Under the pieces are notes generated by a model. That model searched no databases. It saw only the letters and a program-made list of their open reading frames with translations, and was not told the DNA's origin. Shown piece after piece: positions 11,154 through 21,201 of a stretch of DNA of 64,000 bases. Source of the stretch: Cyanobacteria bacterium J06626_4 (lineage in GTDB: Bacteria > Cyanobacteriota > Cyanobacteriia > Phormidesmidales > Phormidesmidaceae). Position numbers and translations under genes: made by a program. Position 1 is the stretch's first letter, and every line of letters starts with the position of its first letter. The DNA is taken from NCBI GenBank assembly GCA_038523235.1, contig JBCBJQ010000013.1, positions 1 to 64,000 of the forward strand, written 5' to 3'.

Positions 11154-11981
11154 TTATTGTGTCCTCTCACCTGAGCCCTGCGAAGTGTCTTGAGGGGGCG
11201 AATCGCCTGTCTGCAAAGGGATACGTGCGCTGGCTTGGGTCACGGCCCAGTCCATCTGCCTCAAAATCCCCCTAAGCATAGCCAACTCTTGCGGAGTCGG
11301 CGCAGCTCGCAAAAAGAAACGTCGAAATTTTTCCATCCGACTCTCTGCAGTATGGGGATAAAGATAGCCAATTTTTAGCAAAACTGATTCTAAATGTTGA
11401 TTAAATCCTTCCAGCTGGTCTAGGGAGACCCGCTCTGGGGATTCTGCAGGTGCCAAGACAGTCGCCGGTGTCTGGCGCGGGACGGTCGCCCGTGCCAATT
11501 CATAACAGCAGACGGCGATCGCCTGAGCCAAATTGAGGGAGTCATAGGCCGAGTCGCTGGGAATGCGCACAAACCGCTGGGCATAATTCAACTCTTCATT
11601 GCTGAGACCGCGATCTTCTGGGCCAAAAATCAGTGCTGTGGGCGTGTCTTCGCCGTCGCCGTTGAGCAGCCAAGGGAGGGCCACCTCAGGCAGTTCCATC
11701 GTCGTATTCAAGGCGCGATCGCGGGCGGTCGTGGCGATCGCGCGATCACAGCGGATCAGGGCGGCGGGCAGCGTTGCCACGGTTTTGGCCTGCTCTAAAA
11801 TATAGGCTGCGTGCACGGCCATCCGTCGCGCCTCCTCTCCGAGCGGATCGCAGTGGGGTGCTACCAAAACCAGTTGCGACAGGCCCATATTGGCCATCAC
11901 CCGCGCTGCCGAGCCGACATTCAAGGCTCCGGCGGGTTCGACCAAAATAATGCGGATATGTTTGAGGGCAAGACGCACCAT
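11154..11981 (-). CDS. RNA methyltransferase, TrmJ/LasT (SpoU) family
   Basis: IRIILVEPAGALNVGSAARVM, IFGPEDRGLSNEEL, SLNLAQA. Confidence 0.9.
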   Translation of the reverse strand: MVRLALKHIRIILVEPAGALNVGSAARVMANMGLSQLVLVAPHCDPLGEEARRMAVHAAYILEQAKTVATLPAALIRCDRAIATTARDRALNTTMELPEVALPWLLNGDGEDTPTALIFGPEDRGLSNEELNYAQRFVRIPSDSAYDSLNLAQAIAVCCYELARATVPRQTPATVLAPAESPERVSLDQLEGFNQHLESVLLKIGYLYPHTAESRMEKFRRFFLRAAPTPQELAMLRGILRQMDWAVTQASARIPLQTGDSPPQDTSQGSGERTQ

Positions 11982-12219
11982 GGCATGGGTCCATTAACGG
12001 CTAGCAAAAACTGCTTGCAGCCTCCCAGTCTAAACAAGCCTGGTTCATCTAACGAATATTTGCCGTGTTCTGGGTGAGGTTGACCGGCGATTCCTCAGGG
12101 CCATGAACCGGTTAGTCAATCGCAGATTTGCCCTGTTACGGCGGTTCGAATCGTTTGCTCACTCATCACTACGGGCATTGAGGCGGTTACTTGGTTTTCC
12201 CTACGGATGTCGTGACCAG

Positions 12220-12447
12220 TCACTCGGCTTCGGTGGAACTGTGAACTTCAAAGGACAGATCATCCACGGTGACCACATCGCCCGCAAACAGCTTTCGGCC
12301 TCGCCGCAGCTCCATTTCACCATTCACTTCAACTTCTCCGTTGTGAATCAGCATTTTGGCTTCGCCTCCTGATTGGGCGATTTGCTGCCACTTTAGAAAC
12401 TGATCAAGTTTGATAAATGGCTCTTCTGATGACGCTTTGATGCCCAT
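12220..12447 (-). CDS. S4-domain RNA-binding protein (YbcJ/YaaA-like)
   Basis: FIKLDQFLKW...SGGEAKMLI...VNGEMELRRGRKL. Confidence 0.9.
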   Translation of the reverse strand: MGIKASSEEPFIKLDQFLKWQQIAQSGGEAKMLIHNGEVEVNGEMELRRGRKLFAGDVVTVDDLSFEVHSSTEAE

Positions 12448-12604
12448 ACTGCCGATGATGAAACGGATCGTTTCTTAGTGTAAAACGTTTGACCGTACTC
12501 GCGAGCGCCCTTTCAAACACAGCCTCAATGGGATAGTCGATGGCTTGGGTGCGATCGCTCAAAGCAACCAGATTAGTGCTAATCGGTGTTTTCTAACGCA
12601 GTAT

Positions 12605-12862
12605 TCAATGTCTCAGAAGCCAGAACTTGATATTCTGCATCACTCTGATCAAAAAGCGTAGCGCTTCATTCACGGATTCAGCGTCAGAAAATATTTCAGC
12701 CACATCGGGCTCTAAACGTACTGTGGCTGAACCAAAACTTTTTCGTCCTGAGCTTAACTTTCTAACTCGTATGCTTTTCAGATTGTATTCTGGTCGCAAC
12801 TCGTCTTCCATTTCTGACTCATTGTACAGCGGGTTTTTGAGCCTGATCGCACCCTTATCCAA
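12605..12862 (-). CDS. Small protein resembling BrnA-like antitoxins
   Basis: DELRPEYNL...VRLEPDVAEIFSDAESVNEALRFLI pattern; no cognate toxin upstream. Confidence 0.55.
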   Translation of the reverse strand: MDKGAIRLKNPLYNESEMEDELRPEYNLKSIRVRKLSSGRKSFGSATVRLEPDVAEIFSDAESVNEALRFLIRVMQNIKFWLLRH

Positions 12863-13014
12863 AACCAGCGATCACTCAAAGTGGCTCGGATGCGATGGGG
12901 CGATCGCCCTCAAATCGTTTCAGTTATTGGTTGAAGGTTCAAACATTTGATTTTAGAAATCATTATGATCTGCCACATAAGATTACGGACAACGGATCGT
13001 TACGCGGCCCTGAC

Positions 13015-13806
13015 TCATACAAAATAATCCGAATAATGAACCACTAAAAATTGTAGATTGGGCTTTAGAGCCTTTAAATTTCTGATGTCTTCAGACGTGC
13101 AAACAGGATTACGCCAAAGAAACAAACCGACCGAAGCGAATGCATTCGACTTGAATAATTTCTGGTAATCTGCTGCTTGGGTGCAGTTGTCAAGATAATC
13201 TTCTAAGTAAGTTTCTTGGTATTCGCCCCACTCAAGGCGTTGAAGGTCAGGAAAACATGAGGATTTCGCAAAATTGGCAATGAAGTCTTGAGTGTCATAT
13301 CCAGAATCTACACTGAGAAAGCGTATTGGACGTTTGCCGATATTGAAAAACGCGGCACTCGGAGCGGATGGAACGGTTAATTCTTGAATTCGAGGTGTTT
13401 TTTCAATTAACCGCGCCAAAACTCCATCTTCTTCGTCAATTGAACCAATAATTATCCGATTGTGATCGCCTGGTTGATTCAATTGAATCGAAAATTTCTC
13501 TAGGTTTGTAAATGTCACACCTGTTGCAAGCAACGGTTCGATATCCCAATTGCGTGTTCCATTGGCACCCTCGTCAGGGCCGCGAATAACAATAGAGCGT
13601 AACAATGGAGCAACATCGGATCTCGCAATGGTATCCAAGAAATCTTCATAACTCTCATCGCAGCAGCGACCGTAGAAGTCTAGGTTGAAAACGTTGCTAG
13701 TCTGGGTGATTGCGACATATTGTAGATCGCCTATGTATTCATCTGATGCGTTACGAGCTGCAATTCTTTGGCGGAGTAATTTGAGTTGTTGTGCAGTATC
13801 AATCAT
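13015..13806 (-). CDS. Hypothetical protein with degenerate LRR-like repeats
   Basis: Recurring units FTNLEKFSI, TPRIQELTV, FPDLQRLEW; AT-rich coding sequence. Confidence 0.55.
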   Translation of the reverse strand: MIDTAQQLKLLRQRIAARNASDEYIGDLQYVAITQTSNVFNLDFYGRCCDESYEDFLDTIARSDVAPLLRSIVIRGPDEGANGTRNWDIEPLLATGVTFTNLEKFSIQLNQPGDHNRIIIGSIDEEDGVLARLIEKTPRIQELTVPSAPSAAFFNIGKRPIRFLSVDSGYDTQDFIANFAKSSCFPDLQRLEWGEYQETYLEDYLDNCTQAADYQKLFKSNAFASVGLFLWRNPVCTSEDIRNLKALKPNLQFLVVHYSDYFV

Positions 13807-13948
13807 GAAATGACTTTGCTTTATAAGTTTGTTTGAGAGACCCTATAGCTAGAAACCTTTTTTCACATCAATTACCTCCGATGAGCAGTTGTCATTCCAG
13901 GAGGTAATCACACTCGTTCTGGGCAGTCGTCAACGAGTGTAATAATCG

Positions 13949-14206
13949 CTACTTCAATAGCCCCTCATATTCATCGTGAGAACCAATCCAAATCCAATAG
14001 AAGTCGTTCTCCTTCTTTAAGGCCAAAGCCCGGTAGTCACCGCTAATCCTGACAGACCAAAGATTCTTTCCCACTTTCTTAAAGTGCAATGATGGATGCG
14101 CTTGATTTTCACGCCATATCTTGTAAGCTGCTCTTGCTTGTCTCTGCAACTTTGGTGATAGCTTGGCGTAGGCACGCCAAAAATCAGACGTCGCGAAGGA
14201 TTTCAT
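13949..14206 (-). CDS. RelE/ParE-like type II toxin
   Basis: HPSLHFKKV, WSVRISGDYRALA, WIWIGSHDEYE; overlaps the upstream antitoxin gene. Confidence 0.8.
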   Translation of the reverse strand: MKSFATSDFWRAYAKLSPKLQRQARAAYKIWRENQAHPSLHFKKVGKNLWSVRISGDYRALALKKENDFYWIWIGSHDEYEGLLK

Positions 14207-14405
14207 CTAAATCTCTCACGTTGCCGTTTGCGATGTCCGCCTCAGCTTGAGCAATCAACCCGTCCAGTTTTCCGGCGGCGGTATCTGCCGCGATTTGACG
14301 ATCCCAAGCGTCATCCAAATAATCTTGTAGCCACGCTGCTAATCGTCGAGCCTCTGGCTCTGACAGTTGTTGGATTGCTGCTTCAATCTCTACCAACGTT
14401 GTCAT
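14184..14405 (-). CDS. Cognate antitoxin of the RelE/ParE-like toxin
   Basis: 73-aa acidic protein (EIEAAIQQL...AWDRQIAADTAAGKLD) overlapping the toxin start by 23 bp. Confidence 0.7.
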   Translation of the reverse strand: MTTLVEIEAAIQQLSEPEARRLAAWLQDYLDDAWDRQIAADTAAGKLDGLIAQAEADIANGNVRDLDEILRDV

Positions 14406-14671
14406 ATGTCAAAAAGTCCGTCTTTTACTGCGATTCTTACTCAGAAATCTAGCATCTCCTCAGATGCTCATTCGAGTTTTTAATGCTGGGTCACTTCAGC
14501 GATCTCCGCTTGAATCACTTCCTCACTCACCCCGCGAAGCTTCAAGTTATCAATAGTGAAGAAGTGTATTGGCTTTTTCTTATTCGTTCAACTCATGCGC
14601 TTGAGGGCAGCTAGATGGGGGTATTTTTGCTGGGCGATGAGTAGTTGTCGTTCCAGGAGGCGATCGCTCTA

Positions 14672-15013
14672 CTAATCTCCACTAATTTCTACCAGTGGTT
14701 CACCAGAGCGCAACAGTTCCAGCGCTGTCGGCAAAACAGCACTCAAAATCTCTCTCAACCGAGCATTAGATGTATTGCCACAGGTGAGCCAAATAATTTG
14801 TGGGGGTGCTTCCAGCCGATCAACCAGATCGACGAAATCCTTATCTTTAGTTATTACAATTGCCTTTTGGGCTTTTGCCGCTGCGAAAATCTCAGGATCT
14901 TCGGCATCACGGAGGCCAAGATCGCGTAATGCGACTGCTGCCACCTCAAAGTTATTCGTTATCCAAACAGCGATCGCGGGTGAAAGGTGAGCATCGACCC
15001 AGATCGTCGTCAT
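14672..15013 (-). CDS. DUF5615 PIN-like toxin (VapC45-like)
   Basis: IWVDAHLSP, GLRDAEDPEIF, IVITKDKDF, WLTCGNTSN. Confidence 0.82.
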   Translation of the reverse strand: MTTIWVDAHLSPAIAVWITNNFEVAAVALRDLGLRDAEDPEIFAAAKAQKAIVITKDKDFVDLVDRLEAPPQIIWLTCGNTSNARLREILSAVLPTALELLRSGEPLVEISGD

Positions 15014-15234
15014 GCGACCAATACAGGATGATTTATTTTGCGAGCAGCATATGCCAGCGATGCTTGGATGTCCTCTATTTCTAAATCTGGTAAATCTTCC
15101 AAAATTTCCTCAGCAGTCAAACCCGCTGCTAATAGATCTAGAACATCAGAAACTCGAATTCGCATTCCTCTAATACAAGGCCGCCCTCCACATTGTTTTG
15201 GGTTTACCGTAATTTTCTCTAGTGGATTTGACAT
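15010..15234 (-). CDS. DUF433 antitoxin
   Basis: ITVNPKQCGGRPCIRGMRIRVSDVLDLLAAG...DIQASLAYA; 4-bp overlap with the PIN gene. Confidence 0.88.
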   Translation of the reverse strand: MSNPLEKITVNPKQCGGRPCIRGMRIRVSDVLDLLAAGLTAEEILEDLPDLEIEDIQASLAYAARKINHPVLVA

Positions 15235-15299
15235 TTTTATAACTCTCAAAAATTTGGCTTCTTTTGATCTGAATTGCTTCTCTTGTTACTGGTGCCGCG

Positions 15300-15551
15300 C
15301 TACTTCATCGCCTGACTTTGTACATCGCTGCGAATCATACGCCAGTCTGTTAGCTCACCTGCATCCGCTTCTTGCTCTGCAGCCTCTAATTCTGTAGTGA
15401 ATCCAGGAATTGCCAATAGCTCTGTAGTGGCATCGTTATCTTCTCGCTCGACCAAGTAGGCCAAAAAGTCGAGGACAACTGCTAAGCGTTCGGGAGAAAG
15501 TTGCTCCACGTAGTCATGTGCCTGTTTGCGTGAGTCAGTAGGATTGAGCAT
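15300..15551 (-). CDS. Putative antitoxin (orphan)
   Basis: LSPERLAVVLDFLAYL...DATTELLAIPGF...GELTDWR pattern resembles small cyanobacterial antitoxins found upstream of RelE genes. Confidence 0.55.
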   Translation of the reverse strand: MLNPTDSRKQAHDYVEQLSPERLAVVLDFLAYLVEREDNDATTELLAIPGFTTELEAAEQEADAGELTDWRMIRSDVQSQAMK

Positions 15552-15693
15552 TGGTGAGGTGGCAAAAGATTTAGTGATGCCTGCGAGCTGCGTCATTCAA
15601 TCTTAGCTTTTACAACTCTGACCACTCACGAAGAAAAAGGGGTAGAAACCTTTAAGGCAACTATCCCCTGCAAGTTAGAAGCATCTGACGGCT

Positions 15694-15759
15694 AGAAACC
15701 CGGTTTCTTGATCGGTTAGTCCGCAAGTTGGCTATTCCTGGTTCAGAAACCGGGTTTCT
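15694..15759. repeat. Cyanobacterial AGAAACCCGGTTTCT inverted repeat element
   Basis: AGAAACCCGGTTTCT (15694-15708) and its exact reverse complement AGAAACCGGGTTTCT (15745-15759). Confidence 0.75.
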
Positions 15760-15767
15760 GTTTCGGT

Positions 15768-17585
15768 TTACCCCAGCAGGTCGCCCGTTTCTTGGAGGGT
15801 GTGGAGGCGATGGTAGAGACCGCCGTGACTGAGCAGGTCTTCGTGGCTGCCCATCTCCAAAATGCGGCCCTGATCCAGCACGACTATGACGTCAGCGTCG
15901 CGGACGGTGCTCAGACGGTGAGCGATGATCAGGGTGGTGCGGGTACCGAGGATGCTGCGCATCGCCAGTTGAATAGCCCGCTCCGATTCGTAGTCAAGGC
16001 TAGAGGTCGCTTCGTCAAAGACGAGCACATCGGGATTCATCAGCAGAGCGCGGGCGATGCCGAGCCGCTGACGCTGTCCGCCTGAGAGGCGCACGCCCCG
16101 TTCGCCCACCACGGTGGAATAGCCGTCGGGCATCAGGGTGATGAACTCATCCACGCGGGCGATCGCACAGGCTTCGTCCACCTCCTCCCGGTTTACGTGA
16201 GGGTTCCCGTAGGTCAGGTTATCCATCAGCGTGCCGTTAAAGACATCCACCTCTTGGTGCACGATCGCGAGCTGCTTGCGATAGCCCGTGATGTCCAGCT
16301 TGCGAATGTCTTCGCCATCGACGAGGATGCGGCCCTGCTGCGGCTCAAAATAGCGGAACAGCAGCTTCACCAAGGTGGACTTACCGGAACCAGAGCGACC
16401 CACCAAGGCCACCGTCTGCTTCGGCTGAATCAGCAAATCGATGTTCCGCAGTACGGCTCGATCGCGATCGTAGCCAAAGGTTAGATGCTCGAAATGCACC
16501 TTGCCGCTGAACTGGTAGCGAGTCACTGCTTCAGGATGTCCGGCAACGCTGGCCGCCTCAATGCCCACTGGCTGCTGCAAAAACTCGTGAAAGCGCAGCA
16601 TGGAAGCATAGCGCCGGGCGAAGATTTCGGCCAGATTGCTGATGGGCTCCAACTCGGCGTAGGCCATGCTAGAAACCGTTAACGTGGTGACAAAGTGCCC
16701 CAGGGAAATTTGACCGCGTAGGGTTGCTACCAAGGTCAGCACCAGCACCCCGAAGACACAGGTCTGAATGAACAGTTCCTGCCAGGTCATGAGCACCACG
16801 TAACCCTTGTGAATGATCTGATCCACCACTTTGAGTTCTCGACTTAACCGCTGGCGCTGACGGGCAAGTTCGTCATGCTCGGTGGCAAAGGCTTTGACGG
16901 TTTTGATGTTGGTGACGATTTCCGAGGTGCGGCTCTCCGTCGTCTCCATGTATTTGTCGAGGGCCTGTTCTTTGCGATTCAGTCGGACTAAATCGCGCAT
17001 GCTGTAGGCCAGAATTAAGACAAAGGAGAGGGCAAACAATCCGGCGATGCGCCAGTCAATGACGGCGATAACGCAAAAGATGCCCGCTACCCGCACCAGT
17101 TTCGGGAACAGCTGTCCGGCAATTTCAGGATAGGTCCAGGTATGGTTAGACAAACCCCGCGCCACCCGTCCGGCAATCCGTCCGGGGTTGTTCTCGTCGT
17201 AAAAGCCGAGGGGCAAGCTGAGCAGCTTTTTCACGACTTCCACCGAGTGGTCACGGCGCGCCTTAAGGGCAATATCCCAGTGAAACCACACGCCCAGCCA
17301 GGGCTCAATCGGCGATCGCACCACCGTCACCAGGAAAATCATCCCCAGCAGTAGGCCGAGGGTCAGAGATCGCGTCACCTCCGTCCCTGCCAGAGCCGCG
17401 ACCCCGCCAGCCAATCCCTGGGCGAGTCGGTCCACCGGCTGGTCGGACAGCAGGTTGAGCAACTGACCGATCGCGTAGGGCACCACCAGATCCAGCAGCT
17501 CAAAGAGACTGCTGGCGGCAATACTAAAGACCGCGATCGCCCGGTAGTTTTTGTAGTATTTAATAACGTCTGCGAACTTCGCCAT
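15768..17585 (-). CDS. ABC exporter, fused permease/ATP-binding protein (MdlB/MsbA-like)
   Basis: N-terminal TMD; GRSGSGKS, LSGGQRQR, VFDEATSSLD, IAHRLSTV. Confidence 0.92.
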   Translation of the reverse strand: MAKFADVIKYYKNYRAIAVFSIAASSLFELLDLVVPYAIGQLLNLLSDQPVDRLAQGLAGGVAALAGTEVTRSLTLGLLLGMIFLVTVVRSPIEPWLGVWFHWDIALKARRDHSVEVVKKLLSLPLGFYDENNPGRIAGRVARGLSNHTWTYPEIAGQLFPKLVRVAGIFCVIAVIDWRIAGLFALSFVLILAYSMRDLVRLNRKEQALDKYMETTESRTSEIVTNIKTVKAFATEHDELARQRQRLSRELKVVDQIIHKGYVVLMTWQELFIQTCVFGVLVLTLVATLRGQISLGHFVTTLTVSSMAYAELEPISNLAEIFARRYASMLRFHEFLQQPVGIEAASVAGHPEAVTRYQFSGKVHFEHLTFGYDRDRAVLRNIDLLIQPKQTVALVGRSGSGKSTLVKLLFRYFEPQQGRILVDGEDIRKLDITGYRKQLAIVHQEVDVFNGTLMDNLTYGNPHVNREEVDEACAIARVDEFITLMPDGYSTVVGERGVRLSGGQRQRLGIARALLMNPDVLVFDEATSSLDYESERAIQLAMRSILGTRTTLIIAHRLSTVRDADVIVVLDQGRILEMGSHEDLLSHGGLYHRLHTLQETGDLLG

Positions 17586-18120
17586 GATGCAACCATGAGT
17601 TCGATATGAGTTGATCTAATATATACTACAAATACTACAGAAACTACAACTGTTTTTGCGTTCTTGCTGATGGTGATTACGCAAGGGCTGCATGCGGCTT
17701 GCAGTCCTGGTCAGGGGTTTCCTGGTTTGCGAATGGTCGCACAATTACGGGCCATTTGATAAGACTTTGTCGGCGAACGGCGGCTCTTCCTATGCCATTG
17801 AGCGCAATCCGGGAAAACTAATAGAGCAATACCGGAAAACTAAGAGTATGTGTAAATTTTGTGCTACTGCTCAATTTGCCGGAATTCCCTGTAATGATTG
17901 AGTTTGGGTAGACAGGAAAATTGTGTCTCCAGAGCCGATGGGGCTCGGTGATCGAGTTTCTGTAATCGCGAACGTCGCGACTGCATCAACCTGAAGGGCG
18001 TTTCATCAGTGAGTCCGCCCTTGCTCGCTGCAGTCATACCGTTTTACCTGCCTGTCTGCTGTCTGGGCCTGATCGCTGCCATCGCGATTGCCTGCCCTCA
18101 ATGCCACCGCATCTTTTTCT

Positions 18121-19572
18121 ATGACTCTTCCTTTCCAGCCACCTGCTAACAATCGCCCGACCTTGGGGCTCAAAGCGACCCTGGTCAGTGCCATGTTGCT
18201 GACGATTGCCACCACGGCAGTGATTGTTTATTGGCCCTGGTCGTGGATCTCCAAGCGCAACATTAATGCCATTGTCGATCAAACCCACAAAGAAATTGCC
18301 GTCGGTACTTCCAAAGAAGTCGAGCGGTTGTTTACCAATGCCGAATCGGCTTTACAACTGATCGAAAGCAGCCTCAAACGCGATCTGCTGGATTTATCGG
18401 ATCCGGAAGAGCGACAGTTTTTTCTCCTGAGCGTGTTGTCTTCGACCCCAGCCTTTACCTGGGTGCAGTACGGCGATGCTAATGGCGATTTTTTCGGTGC
18501 CCAACGCACTGATGATGACGAGGTGCGGTTTCACTGGCGTGATTGGGACACGATCAGTGAATCAACCATCGCCAGTGTCAATACCTATCGGGTCGAACAA
18601 AATAAGTTCGTCACCGTTCACCGCAAGTCCTATGAGATGGTGCCGCCGTTTTACTCCCCTGATCGTCCTTGGTATCAGGGCGCTGCTGAGTCGCCCGATC
18701 TGAAGTCTTGGACAGTATATGTCTACCGTTCGACGGGGACGCCGGGCCTCGACGTGACCAAAGCTGTCGTCGCCGATCAGACTGTGCAAGGGGTAATCGG
18801 GGTCGGCATTGAACTCAATCAGTTATCAGAGTATCTGCAGCGGTTGCAGGGCGATCGCCCCGGTGAAACTTTCATCATGAACTCTCAGCAAGAGCTGATT
18901 GCTTCGACCGATCAGCGAGAAGTGATGCCGGCCCAAATCGCTGGTGCTGCCAATGCCCAGTTAACCAAGTTCAGTGAGGTGCAAAATCCACTGCTGCAAT
19001 ATGCGAGTGAAACGCTGCAGGAGCAAGCCTTAGATATTGCTGAATTCGATGTCTGGCAGCGGTTTATCTACACTGAACCGACATCCGGTGAGGTTTACCA
19101 TATTTTTCTCAGTCCCATGGGGCAACTCGACTGGACGGTCGGCACCGTCATTCCAGAATCAACCTACACTGCCGCCATCAATCGCAACAAGCGACTCCTC
19201 TTTGCAGGGGTGTTGCTGTTTACGGGCAGTATTGCCATCATCGCTGTGGTTTTGGCAGAGCGCCTAGTGGCTCGCCCAATTTTAGGCATTGCCCATGCCG
19301 CTGCTGAAATTGAGGCTGATCGCTTTGACCCAGAGCATTTAACCCAAGCCAGCACCCGTAATGACGAAATCGGACAGCTGGCGCGAATTTTTCGCAAAAT
19401 GGCCCTCGAAGTTTACGAGCGTGAGCAGCGTCTGCGGCACCAGGTACAGGAACTGCGGGTCGAAATTGATGAGACAAAACGTAATCAGCAGGTCAAAGAA
19501 ATTGTCGATACTGACTTTTTTCGCGATCTCGCCATCAAGGCCAAGGCCCTGCGTAATCGCGACCAAAGCTAG
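18121..19572 (+). CDS. Membrane sensor TM-Cache-TM-HAMP with short C-terminal helical tail and no catalytic output domain
   Basis: Two TM segments, Cache motif DRPWYQGA, HAMP RNDEIGQLARIFRKMA, tail LRVEIDETKRNQQVKEIVDTDFFRDL. Confidence 0.8.
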   Translation: MTLPFQPPANNRPTLGLKATLVSAMLLTIATTAVIVYWPWSWISKRNINAIVDQTHKEIAVGTSKEVERLFTNAESALQLIESSLKRDLLDLSDPEERQFFLLSVLSSTPAFTWVQYGDANGDFFGAQRTDDDEVRFHWRDWDTISESTIASVNTYRVEQNKFVTVHRKSYEMVPPFYSPDRPWYQGAAESPDLKSWTVYVYRSTGTPGLDVTKAVVADQTVQGVIGVGIELNQLSEYLQRLQGDRPGETFIMNSQQELIASTDQREVMPAQIAGAANAQLTKFSEVQNPLLQYASETLQEQALDIAEFDVWQRFIYTEPTSGEVYHIFLSPMGQLDWTVGTVIPESTYTAAINRNKRLLFAGVLLFTGSIAIIAVVLAERLVARPILGIAHAAAEIEADRFDPEHLTQASTRNDEIGQLARIFRKMALEVYEREQRLRHQVQELRVEIDETKRNQQVKEIVDTDFFRDLAIKAKALRNRDQS

Positions 19573-19651
19573 CTTCCAGCCTTCATAAAACGCAGTGTAA
19601 GTAGCCTTTACGATTTGAGGTTGAGGAGCCGGGGAGCGATCGCCGGTAACT

Positions 19652-20482
19652 CTAAAGGCGATCGCGGTCAGTCAAAATCTCATAGCCGCTTTCTGTGACG
19701 AGCACCGTGTGCTCAAACTGGGCCGAGAGGGATCGATCCATCGTCACGACCGTCCAGCGATCGCTGAGGGTGCGCGTATGTTTGCCACCGGCATTCAAAA
19801 TGGGCTCGATCGCTAGGGTCATGCCCGCTTGCAGGGTGACATTGGGCAGCTGTCGTGTCCGAAAGTTAAACACCGAGGGCGCTTCATGGAGGTTGCGACC
19901 GACGCCATGACCAACATAGTTCTCAACAATGCTGAAATCAGCTGCTAGGGCCACATCTTCAATCGCCCCGGCAATATCTAACAGCGTGTTACCCGCTTTT
20001 ACCTGAGCAATGCCCGCATACAGTGCCGCTTCCGCCGCCGCCATGAGGGCTTGCGCCGCCTCAGACACCGTTCCCACCGCGATCGTGATGCAAGAGTCGC
20101 CATGAAAGCCTTCGTAATAAGCGCCGGTGTCGACTTTCAACACATCGCCGGTCCGAATCACCTTACGGCTGCGGGGAATACCATGCACCACTTCATTATT
20201 CAGGCAGGCACAAATACTACTGGGAAACCCGTGGTAGCCCTTGAAGCTAGGCGTTGCCCCCAATTCTCGAATGCGAGCTTCGGCGTAGGCATCCAGCTCG
20301 GCAGTCGTCATGCCCGGCTGTACCCGCTCGGCGATTTCTTTGAGCACAGTCGCCACAATCCGAGATGCCTGACGCATGATGGCGATCTCCGCCTCGGTTT
20401 TAAGCTCGATGCCTCGCACTCGGCGCTTTTTGGCACTTTTGGGCTGGCTAGGGCGAGACAACAGTTGGGATAACAGATTCAT
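19652..20482 (-). CDS. map: Type I methionine aminopeptidase
   Basis: [47 protein letters not shown]. Confidence 0.95.
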   Translation of the reverse strand: MNLLSQLLSRPSQPKSAKKRRVRGIELKTEAEIAIMRQASRIVATVLKEIAERVQPGMTTAELDAYAEARIRELGATPSFKGYHGFPSSICACLNNEVVHGIPRSRKVIRTGDVLKVDTGAYYEGFHGDSCITIAVGTVSEAAQALMAAAEAALYAGIAQVKAGNTLLDIAGAIEDVALAADFSIVENYVGHGVGRNLHEAPSVFNFRTRQLPNVTLQAGMTLAIEPILNAGGKHTRTLSDRWTVVTMDRSLSAQFEHTVLVTESGYEILTDRDRL

Positions 20483-20712
20483 AAGGGGAAGACGATCAGC
20501 AGAAACAAGTTAAGTGGGCTGAGACGTTTGGTGAGCGATCTCGGGCACAATCTACAGTGATCGCGGAATAAACGTCCAGATAAAATGAAGTGTAGCCTGC
20601 ACTACCCGTTAAAGACAGCCAGGCAGGGTCTCGCCGACCGTTTTGCAAAAAAGACTAGACGCTTATCAACATCCTGTCCTATCATTGAAGACTGTGCGCT
20701 TTTTCAAAAACC

Positions 20713-21075
20713 ATGAACGCTGAACAAGCAATTCGTTCGCTAGAAGCGGACTACATCAAGACTGATCTGCCTGACATTTATGTGGGTGATACCATCCGCG
20801 TCGGTGTCCGGATTCAAGAAGGGGGCAAAGAGCGGACTCAGCCCTACGAGGGCACCGTGATTGCCATGCGCCACGGCGGCATTAACAAATCCATCACTGT
20901 CCGTCGAGTCTTTCAAGGCGTGGGGGTTGAGCGGGTATTTTTGGTGCATGCGCCTTTAGTGGCCGACATCAAAGTGCTGCGCCGGGGTAAGGCGCGACGA
21001 GCCAAGCTCTACTACTTGCGCGATCGGGTGGGTAAAGCCACTCGTCTCAAGCAGCGCTTCGACCGCTCGCTCTAG
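20713..21075 (+). CDS. rplS: 50S ribosomal protein L19
   Basis: [22 protein letters not shown]. Confidence 0.97.
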   Translation: MNAEQAIRSLEADYIKTDLPDIYVGDTIRVGVRIQEGGKERTQPYEGTVIAMRHGGINKSITVRRVFQGVGVERVFLVHAPLVADIKVLRRGKARRAKLYYLRDRVGKATRLKQRFDRSL

Positions 21076-21128
21076 AGTTGTCGGGGTTTCATCCGTGATA
21101 GCATGAAACCCCTGCTGGGTTACCATAT

Positions 21129-21201
21129 GCGCTCTTAGTTCAGTTGGTAGAACGCAGGTCTCCAAAACCTGATGTCCGGGGTTCGAGTCCTCGAGGGCGC
21201 G
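21129..21201 (+). tRNA. trnW: tRNA-Trp (CCA)
   Basis: Acceptor stem GCGCTCT/AGGGCGC, anticodon arm CAGGT-CTCCAAA-ACCTG, T-loop GGTTCGAGTCC; canonical position before secE. Confidence 0.97.

Noticed and set aside
12972..13008. attC-like hairpin (GCCACATAA...TTACGCGGC) after the LRR-like gene
   Set aside because: Only 37 bp and the core sites deviate from RYYYAAC/GTTRRRY; too weak to call
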